Assembly (NCBI GenBank): GCA_951406725.2
Contig: OX597839.1
Span: forward strand, 38,688,001 to 38,752,000
DNA from: Octopus vulgaris
Lineage: Eukaryota
Direction: 5' to 3'
Length of the DNA: 64,000 nucleotides
The notes under the pieces were generated by a model. That model was not told where the DNA came from and did no database searches. It worked only from the letters and a program-made list of their open reading frames with translations. Shown here piece by piece: positions 22,240-34,604 of this stretch (its first letter is position 1; every line of letters starts with the position of its first letter). Position numbers and translations under genes: made by a program.

Positions 22240-22878
22240 CCCACGCGTCACCGGCACCCCTAACACGTCACCGGCAGGGGTGCCTCTCACGCGTCACCGG
22301 CAGAGGGTGCATCTCACGCGTCACCGGCAGGGGTGCCTCTCATGCGTCACCGGCAGGGGTGCCACTCACGCGTCACCGGCAGGGGTGCCTCTCATGCGTC
22401 ACCGGCAGGGGTGCCTCTCACGCGTCACCGACAGGGGTGCCACTCACGCGTCACCGACAGGGGTGCCTCTCACGCGTCACCGACAGGGGTGCCTCTCACG
22501 CGTCACCGGCAGGGGTGCCTCTCACGCGTCACCGAAAGGGGTGCCACTCACGCGTCACCGGCAGGGGTGCCTCTCACGCGTCACCGGCAGGGGGTGCCCC
22601 CCTCACGCGTCACAGGCAGGGGTGCCTCTCACGCGTCACCGACAGGGGTGCCACTCACGCGTCACCGGCAGGGGTGCCTCTCACGCGTCACCGGCAGGGG
22701 TGCCTCTCACACGTCACCGGCAGGGGTGCCTCTCACGCGTCACCGGCAGGGGTGCCTCTCACACGTCACCGGCAGGGGTGCCTCTCACACATCATCGGCA
22801 GGGGTGCCTCTCACATGTCACCGGCACGGGTGCCTCCCACGTTTCACCGGCAGGGGTGCCTCTCACGTGTCACTGGCA
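22240..22878. repeat. 26-bp GC-rich minisatellite, about 24 copies
   Basis: Unit tcacgcgtcaccggcaggggtgcctc (for example at 22681 and 22707); lies inside a family D element. Confidence 0.96.
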
Positions 22879-24941
22879 CTAGCTACGTCTATAATTTCAC
22901 TTAGCTTGACATAACTTTCAAGCACAGCAAATTGCCAGAAGCCTTGGTCACTTGTCACCACTTCTGTGAGACACAACATCTGGAGATCATGCATGTATGG
23001 GTATGTGCGTATTTGTGTCTCCAAATTCTGGCATCATGTGATATTTACCAACACCTATCACAGCCACACAAGCAGCGGAATATGTTTTTCCGTTTTCAAT
23101 GAAAGTAGGTTAGGCTATTGGGAAATAAGGAAGGTTTATGGGCAGGAAAGTCATCATCATCATCATCATCGTTTAGCGTCCGCTTTCCATGCTAGCATGG
23201 GTTGGACGGTTCAACTGGGGTCTGGGAAGCCAGAAGGCTGCACCAGGCCCAGTCTGATCTGGCAATGTTTCTACGGCTGGATGCCCTTCCTAACGCCAAC
23301 CACTCCGTGAGTGTAGTGGGGGCTTTTTACGTGCCAGACAAGTCTGGCAAACGGCCACGATCGGATGGTGCTTTGTACGTGCCACCGGCATGGGGGCCAG
23401 GTGAGGCTGGCAGATTGTAAAAAAACCTACCTAAATAAATTACATTTGACCCATAAAAAAAAAAAAACATTCGAGCAAGGTCATTGCCAGTGCCGCAGGA
23501 CTGGCCCTTGTGCGGGTGGCACGTAAAAGCACCCACTACACTCTCGGAGTGGTTGGCATTAGGAAGGGCATTCAGCAGCAGAAACTCTGCCAGAGCAGAC
23601 TGGAGCCTGGCGCAGCCATCTGGCTCGCCAGTCCTAATTCAAATTGTCCAACCCACACCAGCATGGATAGCAGACATTAAACGATGATGATGATGTAGAC
23701 CACAATTAATTACATACAGAGGAGTTGGAGTCGGAGGTAGCAGAATTGTTAGCATGCAGGGCGAAATGCTTAGCAGTACATTGTCTGCTGTTACATTCTG
23801 AGTTCAAACTCTACCACAGTCAACTTTGCTTTTCATCCTTTGTACCAGTTATCGTTGTCGATAAATTAAGTACCAGTTACGCACTGGGGTCGATGTAATC
23901 GACAATCCCTTTGTCTGTCCTTGTTTGCCCCCTCTATGTTTAGCCCCTTGTGGGCAATAAAGAAATAAGAAACTGAAAAATGCTCAGGCACAGGAGCGGC
24001 CATGTGGTCAGAAATATGTATATATGGTAAGAAGCTTGCTTCCCAACCACATGGTTTCAGGTTCAGTCCCACCTTGGGCAAAGGTCTTCTACTACAGCCT
24101 TGTGTCAGCCAAAGTCTTGTAAGTTGATTTGGTAGATGGAAACTGAAAGAACCCTGTCGTATGTATATAAATGTGTGTGGGTCTGTGTTTGTCCCTCACC
24201 AACACTTGACAACTGGTACTTGTGTGTTTACATGTCCCTATAACTTAGCAGTTGGGTAAAAAGAGACAGATAGAATAAGTACTAAGAACACGCACATGTG
24301 TGTGTGTGTGTGTATCCTTGTCTTGACATAATGTGATGGCTGTGAATGAACATCACTGTCATACAAGTGATGCTCTTTGTTTCTATTTCTCCACGAAAAA
24401 AACATGACTATAGACGCAAGAGTGGCTGTGTGGTAAGTAGCTTGCTTACCAACCACATGATTCCGGGTTCAGTCCCACTGCGTGACACCTTGGGCAAGCG
24501 TCTTCTACTATAGCCTCGGGCCGACCAAAACCTTGTGAGTGGATTTGGTAGACGGAAACTGAAAGAAGCCCGTCGTATATATGCATATATATATGTGTGC
24601 GTGTATGTTTGTGTGTCTGTCCCTCTAGCATTGCTTGACAACCGATGCTGGAGTGTTTGTCCCCGTAACTTAGCGGTTCGGCAAAAGAGACCGATAGAAT
24701 AAGTACTGGGCTTACAAAGAATAAGTCCCGGGGTCGATTTGCTCGACTAAAGGCAGTGCTCAAGCATAGCCACAGTCAAATGACTGAAACAAGTAAAAGA
24801 GTTATGGGGGTGGATATGGTCCTACACTGAAACCAGTAAAGGATGATGATGGTGATTCCTTAACAAATATACGGTTGTCATCATCATCATCATTTAATGT
24901 CCACCTTCCATGCTGGCATGGGTGGGATGGTTTGTTGCTTT

Positions 24942-24982
24942 CACAATGTTTCAGCTGTGTATGTTCCAGCCTTCTTCAGGTG
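24942..24982 (-). ncRNA. Minimal type-I hammerhead motif (family 5)
   Basis: Reverse strand: cac-CTGAAGA-a-ggctg[gaacataca]cagct-GAAA-ca-tt-gtg; helix I cac/gtg. Confidence 0.6.
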
Positions 24983-25393
24983 CTTTGTGATTCACTTTAG
25001 AGCCTTGCTTAGGACTGAACTCAGAACCACTAGGTGACTGCACTACATTAACCAGTGCCTTCATTCACTACACTATGCCAGTAAGCAGTGACAGTGAATT
25101 TTTAAGGTCTATAAACCTCCATTAATGTCGTGTGTTGGCTCCGTACCAATTGGAGACGAAATTCCACTCCTTAATCTACTACTGCCTGCTACTAGCATTT
25201 GTCCACCATACACACACACACCCTTGTCATCTTGCACACCTTTTTTTACCATTCCTTCTTTGATTCAGCTCTTGTTTTTAAAAAACATTTTCCTTCCTTT
25301 TGACCACTTCCGTCTTTTTAGTATGTAACCTCGTGAATACTACCTGCAATTTTTTTCCTCTGTCCCCCGTCTCGGGATCTTTCTTTCTCCTAT

Positions 25394-25428
25394 GTTTCCG
25401 ACGAAGAGCTCCGCTCGAAACGTCAAAC
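25394..25428 (+). ncRNA. Minimal type-I hammerhead motif (family 1, CCGACGA core)
   Basis: gttt-CCGACGA-a-gagc[tcc]gctc-GAAA-cg-tc|aaac; helix I gttt/aaac; predicted GUC cleavage after 25424. Confidence 0.7.
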
Positions 25429-25561
25429 CCTCCTTCTTCCCTTCTTTCCTGAGCGTCCAATAATACTTTATTTGTTCCACATCCTTGCGTTGTTGTCTTT
25501 TTGTTTTCTTGTTTGGATTAACTTTATATATATATATATATATATATACATACATATATAC

Positions 25562-25593
<32 letters not shown>

Positions 25594-25674
25594 CATCTTT
25601 TTAGTATGTAACCTCGTGAATACTACCTGCAATTTTTTTCCTCTGTCCCCCCGTCTCGGGATCTTTCTTTCTAT

Positions 25675-25709
25675 GTTTCCGACGAAGAGCTCCGCCCGAA
25701 ACGTCAAAC
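25675..25709 (+). ncRNA. Minimal type-I hammerhead motif (family 1, second copy)
   Basis: Same as 25394-25428 except helix II is gagc/gccc (one mismatch); predicted cleavage after 25705. Confidence 0.6.
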
Positions 25710-26982
25710 CCTCCTTCTTCCCTTCTTTCCTGAGCGTCCAATAATACTTTATTTGTTCCACATCCTTGCGTTGTTGTCTTTTTGTTTTCTTGTTTGGATT
25801 AACTTTATATTAGCTGGACTGGTATCTTATCTTGATTGTTGCTTTCACTACATTTCGGCTGTTGTATGTGCCAGTGTTCTGGTGACCAGTGTAGAAGGAT
25901 GGTGCATACAACAGCTATAACATAATAAAAGCAACAATCAAGACAAGGATACGAGTCTGACTAATATAAACAATATAGACGCAGGAGTGGCTGTGTGGTA
26001 AGTAGCTTGCTTACCAACCACATGGTTCTGGGTTCAGTCCCACTGCATGGCATCTTGGGCAAGTGTCTTCTGCTATAGCCTCGGGCCGACCTTGTGAGTG
26101 GATTTGGTAGACGGAAACTGAAAGAAGCCTGTCGTATATATGTGTGTATATATATATATATATATGCATGTGTGTGTGTATATGTTTGTTCCCACTCCCA
26201 CCATCGCTTGACAACCGATGCTGGTGTGTTTACGTCCCCGTCACTTAGCGGTTTGGCAAAAAGAGACCGATAGAATAAGTACTGGGCTTACAAAGAATAA
26301 GTCCCGGGGTCGATTTGCTCGACTAAAGGTGGTGCTCCAGCATGGCCGCAGTCAAATGACTGAAACAAGTAAAAGAGATTCATTACCACTGAATATAATA
26401 CAAGGATAGTCTTTGTTGGGAGATCCTTAATCACATGACCATTGTAAAAGGGACTGACCTGGTTGTCTAAACAACATCACCAATACCTATTTCTTTACTA
26501 CCCACAAAGGGCTAAACACAGAGCGGACAAACAGATTAAGTCAATTAGATTGACTCCAGTGCGTAACTGGTACTTATTTAATCGAACCCGAAAGGATGAA
26601 AGGCAAAGTCGACCTCGGTGGAATTTGAACTCAGAACGTAATAGCAGATGAAATACTGCAAAGCATTTCGTCCGGCCTGCAATACCCCTACCTGTTACAC
26701 ATCACTTTTATTAGATATATGACACCCCCACCAGCATTGCAGTCACTGTTTTGGTGTGTCCTTTTCTAAGGTTGCATAGGTCAGGCAGGGTTCACTGAAG
26801 CAGATTTTCTATAACTGGATGCCCTTCTCATGTCTAACTCTCATCTATTTCCTAGCATGGTAATATTTCCTGTCAGTCTATTGAACATTGGAACTGCCAG
26901 GAGATGACTTCACATGGAGGGCTGCAAACAAATGATGCTGTTTGCATAAACAGTGAACACTTGGTTAAACAATCAGCTTATA

Positions 26983-27203
26983 CGAGGGGGGTGGGGCACT
27001 GAAAAGTTCCTGGCTTTAGGTAAAAGAAAATACAGGAGGATCAATCAATTATGATTTTATTCAACACATTCCCCTCTCAGATTCACACACTTAGTAAGTG
27101 GTCCTTCAGTTTTTCTAAGCCCCGTAAAAGAACTCCGAATTCAGGATTCCAACCTGGTCCTTTGTGATACCCTTAAAGCCAGGAACTTTTCAATACCCCT
27201 TCA
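26983..27203. mobile_element. Mariner-type MITE
   Basis: TA-flanked; inverted ends ...gaaaagttcctggcttta / taaagccaggaacttttc... Confidence 0.7.
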
Positions 27204-28892
27204 TACTTGTCAAGACTATAGGAATAAACATCTAGTTATACACACATATACAGCATGATCATCACCATCATTTTAACATCCACTTTTCTATGCCTGCATG
27301 GGTCAGGAGGAATTTGTTGAAGATTTTCTATGGCTGAATGCCCTTCCTTTTGTCAACTATCACCTGTTTCCAAGTAAAGTAATATTTCCCACAGGGACAG
27401 ACATGCTTTGCGATATCTCAAGCCAGGGAGAGAGTAACACATACGACAGGGCTTCTTTCAGTTTCCATCTACCAAATCCACTCACAAGGTTTTGGTTGGC
27501 CTAGGAATATAATAGAAGATACTTGCCCAAGGTATTATCAAGCACGTCAGCTAGATTATACCTGTAATTCGAAAAGGTATAGCTTTGTCATACACACAAT
27601 ATCAGGCTGATCCTGTTTGAGAATAACGTTGAGGGATACACGTGACTGTGGAATACTCAGGCACTTATACACCAATTCAACAACCGATTCCTCATCGCCA
27701 AAGATCTATATAATTATTTTATTACGTGTGGGTGAACCAGCTTCGTGTAATCTGTCTATAATTAGAAGGCAGCGATCTGGCCGAATCGGACAAAATGCTT
27801 AGTGGAATTTCTTCCGGTTTTGACTTTGCCTTCCATCCTTTATCAGAAGCGATAAAAATAAATACCAGTCATGCAGCAGGGTCGATGTTAACATATATAG
27901 TTCAAATTTACAGAAAATAAAAGACGAAGACAGGTGAAGGAACAACAAGTAGGTGTATTACTTAAAGGGTTGGGAAGAATGGAAAAGTTTTTGACGTTTC
28001 GAGCGTACGATATATAAAAATTCCGAAAGCTTGGTTTGTGTGTGCAGGGGTGTGACTGTCGTCCAGTCCCACCTACATACATACATATATATATATATAT
28101 ATAAATTTTCCTTCATATATATATATATATATATATATATACCAAATTTTCCTTCATAACTTTTAGGAAAATCCAAAAGAAAGGCACACTAAGTTTTAGA
28201 GTGGTAAAGAATTTAGTTTTTTTTTTCTACTCGAGGCACAAGGCCCGCAATTTTTGGGGAGGGGGCCAGTCGATTAGACTGGCACCGGTACGCAACGGGT
28301 ACTTAATTTATCGACCCCGAAAGGATGAAAGGCAAAGTTGACCACGGCAGAATTCGAAATAAGAACGTAAAAACAAACGAAATAGATAAACATAGTTATG
28401 GCTGGCTGGTCTATGAGGTTACCCAGGGTTTCACGTCCATAAAGCGCGACCCTAATGGCCAGTGATGTGTGTGTGATAAAAGTATGTAGTTTCGGGGCCA
28501 TGTGGTTCCGGGTTCCATCGGAATACGAAGCACTTTGAACCATCGTGTAGACCAATACCTAGCGACTAAGATTTAGCACACGGGCAATGCAAAGAAAGCC
28601 GTTATGCATATGTATGCATATATAAATATGTGTAAGCATTATATATATATATATATACATACATGTATGTTAATTGTGTGTTGGTGTTATGACCTTGTGG
28701 TATTTAAAGGGACATAACTCAAAAAGTAGACTTGGTCGATTCGATGGAGCAGGAGATCGGGAAACTGACTATCGCATTAAATATTATGATAGTGGGTCGA
28801 TATAACTGGAGAAATCCCTCTTAAATGCGGTGCACCCTTGTGGTCATAGTAACGTTATAAAAAAAGGCTCACACACAATATACGTGTATGTC

Positions 28893-28927
<35 letters not shown>

Positions 28928-29294
28928 ATGTATGTACGGGTGTTGATAATGAAACCTTTGCTACTGTTTAAATTGATTTTGTACATTATGACACTGAAGG
29001 AAAACTTTTTTTTAGATCACGTGCAAATATATAACTTACATGTATAGATTTGAGTGTAATTTACACGCTGTATATACATACATACACAAATGATAGGTAG
29101 ATTGATAGATAGATAGATAGATGGTTTGATTGATTGATAGACAGATAGATAGATAGATGTGTGCGTTCAATGTCATAGGGAGAGGATGGGGAGAGAAGTA
29201 GCGGTGATGAAAGTGAGAGAGAAAGAAAGATAATGACATCAGAGGGAAGGAGGCGAAAGAGCGAACGAAAGGTAGTTTTAAATAAAATATAAAC

Positions 29295-30105
29295 ACGTTA
29301 TTTATATATATATATGTATGTATATGTGTGTGTGTATATGTGTGTGTGTGTATGAGAGAGAACTAAACGAGAACAAATTAGACAGAAGAGGTAATAAACA
29401 GAAAGAGACGGTAGTGTTAGAGTGATATACGGAAGAACGATAGGGAAGAGAATGATGGTAATTATATAAGTATATCTAACTATATATTTATGTATATATA
29501 TGTGTGTGTACGTACGTATATATACCTGTGCATGTATATGTATGTATATACATGTGTGTATATATGTATATATATATGTGTGTATATATGTATATATATG
29601 TGTATATATGTATGTATATATGTGTGTGTGTATATGTATGTATATATGTGTGTGTATATATGTATATATATACATGTGCATGAATATGTATATATATATA
29701 CATGTGTGTATATATGTATATATATATGTGTGTATATATGTATGTGTATATATGTGTGTGTATATATGTATGTATATATGTGTGTGTGTATATGTATGTA
29801 TATGTGTGTGTATATATGTATGTATATATATATGTGTGTATATATGTATGTGTATATATGTGTGTGTATATATGTATGTATATATGTGTGTGTGTATATG
29901 TATGTATATATGTGTGTGTATATATGTATATATATACATGTGCATGAATATGTATATATATATACATGTGTGTATATATGTATATATATATGTGTGTATA
30001 TATGTATGTGTATATATGTGTGTGTATATATGTATGTATATATGTGTGTGTGTATATGTATGTATATGTATGTGTATATATCAATGTATATATATATATT
30101 TGTGT
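29295..30105. repeat. Compound (TA/TG/TATG)n microsatellite with an internal duplication of about 264 bp
   Basis: catgtgcatgaatatgtatata recurs at 29673 and 29937. Confidence 0.9.
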
Positions 30106-30245
30106 ATAAACCTGAGTTATAATATGGTATATACAGTTAAAGGGAAAAAAGAATTGCGGTTTTGCAACAGGTTGATAGCGTTCGGTACAATAAGACGGGA
30201 TGGCCACGGCCAGGGTTGTACGTATTATAATAAGGTAGAGGTTAC

Positions 30246-30850
30246 CTGCTTCTTGTTGAATGAAGCCAGAGAGAGAGAGAGAGGGTCTGGCTTGCTGCTC
30301 TATACCCTCGAGAAGGGCAGCCCTCTCAAGCTTGTCCGTCCGTCGACGAGATGGTCAATGAATGGATAGGTTGCGGTGTGGTGTACAACAACGACAACAA
30401 CAATACGAAGAGGAAGACGGAAGCCCGGCGTGGTAGGACAATGACGAGGACATATGAATGACAGAGCAAGCCATATTGCTTCTCGTCGATATAACGAGAG
30501 TTCCGGCGAGACGCAGCAGCAGCAGTACGAGGATTGGCAGCGGGAGGCCGCCGCCGCCTCGGCAGCAGCAGCAGCAGCGGCGGCGGCGAGAGCAACGCGC
30601 TCGCATTTGGCAGCACCGTAAAAGTGCAACTTGCGGGGTCAGTTGCACACGGAGTCTCGGGAACAACACTTGGATAAGACAGACACACGCAGAAGAATCT
30701 ATCCATCTCTCTCTCTCTCTCGTTTTTATCTTTTGGAACGGCGTAACTTGAAGCAGATAAAGCTATAAATAATAGCGTGGAAATTTTGGGTTGAACAAAA
30801 AAAAAAAAAACTCTGGATAGAAAGAGTCGAAGGATTTCCGGACGACTGCA
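30246..30850 (-). promoter_or_regulatory. CpG-rich island; putative mitofusin promoter and non-coding first exon
   Basis: The most GC/CpG-rich non-repeat stretch in the window, with (GCC)n/(CTG)n runs typical of 5' leaders. Minus-strand donor AAGCAG|gtaacc at 30246/30245. The first coding exon begins with a splice acceptor, so an upstream exon must exist. TSS not determinable. Confidence 0.55.
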
Positions 30851-30874
30851 GTGCACACACACACACGTACACAC

Positions 30875-30939
<65 letters not shown>

Positions 30940-30958
30940 GGAGTAAACACATAAATTT

Positions 30959-31050
30959 AAAAGCAGCAGAAATTCAACAAAACCTGTTACTCCGACGAAC
31001 GGGAACGTGAAACTCTGTGTAACAGGTTTTGTTGAATTTCTGCTGCTTTT
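30959..31050 (+). ncRNA. 32-bp perfect fold-back enclosing a hammerhead core (family 3)
   Basis: Arms 30959-30990 and 31019-31050 are exact reverse complements; the interior reads CCGACGA-acg[ggaa]cgt-GAAA-ctctgtg-ta. Confidence 0.65.
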
Positions 31051-31713
31051 CAATAAAGTATATATATATATTTATTATCTCTATCTATCTATCTGTCTTC
31101 TCTCTCTCTCTCTATATATATATATATAATATGTATATACACACATATATGCCAGATACACACATATTTACACACACTCACATACACACCTATATATGCC
31201 AGATATACATATATTTACACACATACTCATACACACATATGCCAGATACACACATATACACACATATATGCCAGATACACACATATATTTACACACACAT
31301 ATGCCTGATACACACATATATTTACACACACACACACACATATATGCCATATACACATATCAGTCTTCTATGCCCTGCTCAGTGATATGTCGAATGGTTT
31401 GACAGGATCCAGCAATCTGCAGAGCTGCTCCATCCTTTTGGGGGCCAGTAAATTAAGTATCAGTTACATACTGGGGTCGATCTAATCGAATGACCCCCCC
31501 CCCCCCCACCCACCCCCAAAAAAAATTTCAGGCCTTGTGCCTAGAGTAGAAAAGAATATGTATTGAGCACTTTCATTATACCAGTGGCACTAAGAAGGTT
31601 AGTAAGCAACTTGCAAAACATAAAAAAGTCCCCTCAACTAAGGTGAGGAGAGGGCTTGAGAATGGTGAATGTGTGGTCATTTGCCTGTGACAAGCACAGA
31701 TGTCTTACCATAG

Positions 31714-32701
31714 CAGTGCGTCTCGACCAGGGTCCATAAGATCCACAGGGGCCGATATAAGGTGTTGATGTTAAAATTTATCTGCAATAAATTGGTTATA
31801 TTTTTGCAAGAGACAAAATTATTTCAACAATTTTTTATATACAGTTCCTAATCATATTACTCTTTTATTCTTATATTTGTTTCAGTCATTTGACTGCGGC
31901 CATGCTGGAGCACCAACTTTTTTAGTCGAGCAAATCGACCCCAGGACTTATTCTTTGTAAGCCTAGTACTTATTCTATCCGTCCCTTTTTGCCGAACTGC
32001 TAAGTTATGGGGACGTAAACACACCAGCATCGGTTGTCAAGCGATGTTGTGGGGGACAAATACAGAGACACACACATATATATACATATAAATGACGGGC
32101 TTCTTTCAATTTCCTTCTACAAAATCCACTCACAAGGCTTTGGTCAGCCCGAGGCTATAGTAGAAGACACTTGCCCAAGGTGCCATGCAGTGGGACTGAA
32201 CCTGGAACCATGTGTTTGGTAAGCAAGCTACTTACCACACAGCCACTCTTATGCCTATATAGACTTGGGTTGACACATTTGATTAAAAATTCTTCAAGGC
32301 CGTGCCCCAGCATAACCGCCGCCTAATGGCTGAAACAAATAAAAGATAAAAGAATATATATGTATATTAGTTTAAGATTTTGGTGTAAGGTCTGCAAGTT
32401 TGGTGGGTGGGGGATAGTTGATTACATTGACCCAGGTCCTCATTTTATTCACCCCTGAATAAATGAAAGGCTAAGTCAACCTCGGTGGAATCTGAAATCA
32501 GTACCTAAAGACGGACGAAATACCACAAAGCATTTTGGCTGAAGTGTTAATGATTCTGCCATTTTGTCTCCCAACAATCCCTTAGGATATTGAATTATGG
32601 AAATATATACGGATTTTTTAAATATGGAATGTTATAAGGGCCCACTTAAGTTAGATAGGAATCAAATGGGCCCATAGGTAAAAAATGGTTGAGAACCCCT
32701 G
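31714..32701. mobile_element. Old hAT-like MITE fragmented by nested SINE A and B insertions
   Basis: Ends cagtgcgtctcgacca and tggttgagaacccctg; degenerate 8-bp flanks taccatag / tgctgtag. Confidence 0.45.
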
Positions 32702-34054
32702 TGCTGTAGAGGAAATTGAAGGCCACCTGACATTATATTAGGGTGGGTGAGAGGAGCTGAGAATGAGATAAAGAGGTAGTGACGGGGTCCCAGAGCAAAC
32801 TGGCACCCCATCGGTTCTGGTTGATCAGGTCAACAGAACAGCCTGCCCATGGAATTAATGTGCAAGTGGCTGAGTACTCCACAGACATGTGTGCCCTTAA
32901 TACAGTTCTCAGGGAGATTCAGTGTGACACAGAATATGACAAAGTTGGCCCTTTGAAATACAGGTGCTACTCCTTTTTGCCAGTTGAGTGGACTGGAGTA
33001 ATGTGAAATAAAGTGTCTTGCTCAAGGACACAGCGTGTTGCTGGGAATCGAACTTATGACCTTACGATCATGAACCGAATGCCCTAACCACTAAGCCATC
33101 ACTGTCAGAGTAAACCCTTAAAGAACAGGAGAGATCGGAAGATCAGGACGGGGATGGAAGAACTGGAAGTTGTAAGAGTGTGAGGGGGAAAGTAACAGAT
33201 GATTAAGGGGTGGGGGTAGAGGTAAATGTAGTGAGTGATGAACAGGAGTGGAGGGTGGTGGCGGTGGAGGCTTGATATGAAATATTGATGTGGAGGTGGA
33301 GGTGGAAGTGAGAGTACTAGAAGTGGCTCAGAGATGAGAGTTCAGGAAGTGGGAGAGATAGCGAGCAAGGTGTAGGGGTGGTGGGGAGGGGGGGGGAGGA
33401 AGAGGTGCATAAGGGTGTCTGTGGGAGGTGGGGGTGGATGGTAGATATGAATGGATGTCGGTGGGGGTGGGGGAATGATAGCAGATATGTGGCGAGTTGG
33501 CAGAAACGTTAGCACGATGGGCGAAATGCGTAGCCGTATTTCGTCTGCCGTTAGGTTCTGAGTTCAAATTCCGCCGAGGTCGACTTTGCCTTTCATCTTT
33601 TCGGGGTCGATAAATTAAGTACCAGTCACACACTGGGGTCGATATAATCGACTTAATCCGTTTGTCTGTCCTTGTTTGTCCTCTCTGTATTTAGCTCCTT
33701 GAGGGTAGTAAAGAAATAGGTATTTCTTCTGCCGTTAGGTTCTGAGTTCAAATTCCGCCGAGGTCTACTTTGCCTTTCATCCTTTCGGGGTCGATAAATT
33801 AAGTACCAGTTACGCACTGGGGTCGATATAATCGACTTAATACCTTTGTCTGTCTTTGTTTGTCCCCTCTATGTTTAGCCTCTTGTGGGTAATAAAGAAA
33901 CAGATATGTGAGGTGTTAGTTAAGATGAAGTATGGCAGAAGAGGGGTGGGGGAGATAACTGGAGGAGAGGAAGGAGGTGAAAATAGTGCAAGAAGAGATG
34001 GGTGATGGAAATGGGGAGGTGGTAACTGGTAAAGCAATGTGTGTATATGTGTGT

Positions 34055-34144
34055 GGCAGTTTAGCTCAATGGTTCAGAGCACCGCAACGAGTAATCACGG
34101 AGGTGTGAGTTCGAGTCTCATAGCCAGCCGCCAACAGTTTTTTC
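34055..34144 (+). pseudogene. tRNA-like sequence (tRNA pseudogene or SINE head) followed by a T7 run
   Basis: A box tagctcaatgg, D-arm gctc/gagc, T-arm gtgag-ttcgagt-ctcat, T-run at 34138-34144. The acceptor and anticodon stems pair poorly. Confidence 0.5.
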
Positions 34145-34428
34145 TGCAAAACAATAGGGGTAGCTAATCCTGTTCAGGCTATATTATTAGCATTATCCTG
34201 CATTTGAGAATTTAAAATCACTTCTTTAACTTTCTAAGACATCTCAACGCTTCTAAACCAAACTTCGTTTGTTAGTTTATGTTCCTTGTAATTTGAAGAT
34301 ATATACACACACACACACATATATATGTATATATATATATTTATATATAAGCAATAAGAAATCTCTGACCGAAGTATATACATACACACATATATATATC
34401 TATACACACACACACACACACATATATG

Positions 34429-34472
<44 letters not shown>

Positions 34473-34541
34473 TATATGTATATATACATTTATATATATA
34501 TATATATACACACAAATATATACATATATATATATACATAC

Positions 34542-34574
<33 letters not shown>

Positions 34575-34604
34575 AACACACACATATACACTTATACACA
34601 TGTA

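Larger units (their letters stand above)
25313..25810 (+). mobile_element. Tandem dimer of a hammerhead-bearing Penelope-pLTR/retrozyme-like unit
   Basis: Near-identical units start at 25313 and 25596, each with a hammerhead motif (25394-25428 and 25675-25709), separated by (TA)n. Confidence 0.75.

Noticed and set aside
22230-22914. Three overlapping 193-224 aa ORFs and a CRISPR-like look
   Set aside because: Contiguous 26-bp units with no unique spacers, in a eukaryotic context with no cas genes. The ORFs arise because the unit lacks stop codons.
30300-30629. Poly-Ala ORF as an independent protein gene
   Set aside because: It has no ATG start and no recognisable domain, and is explained by GC-rich triplet repeats in a leader.
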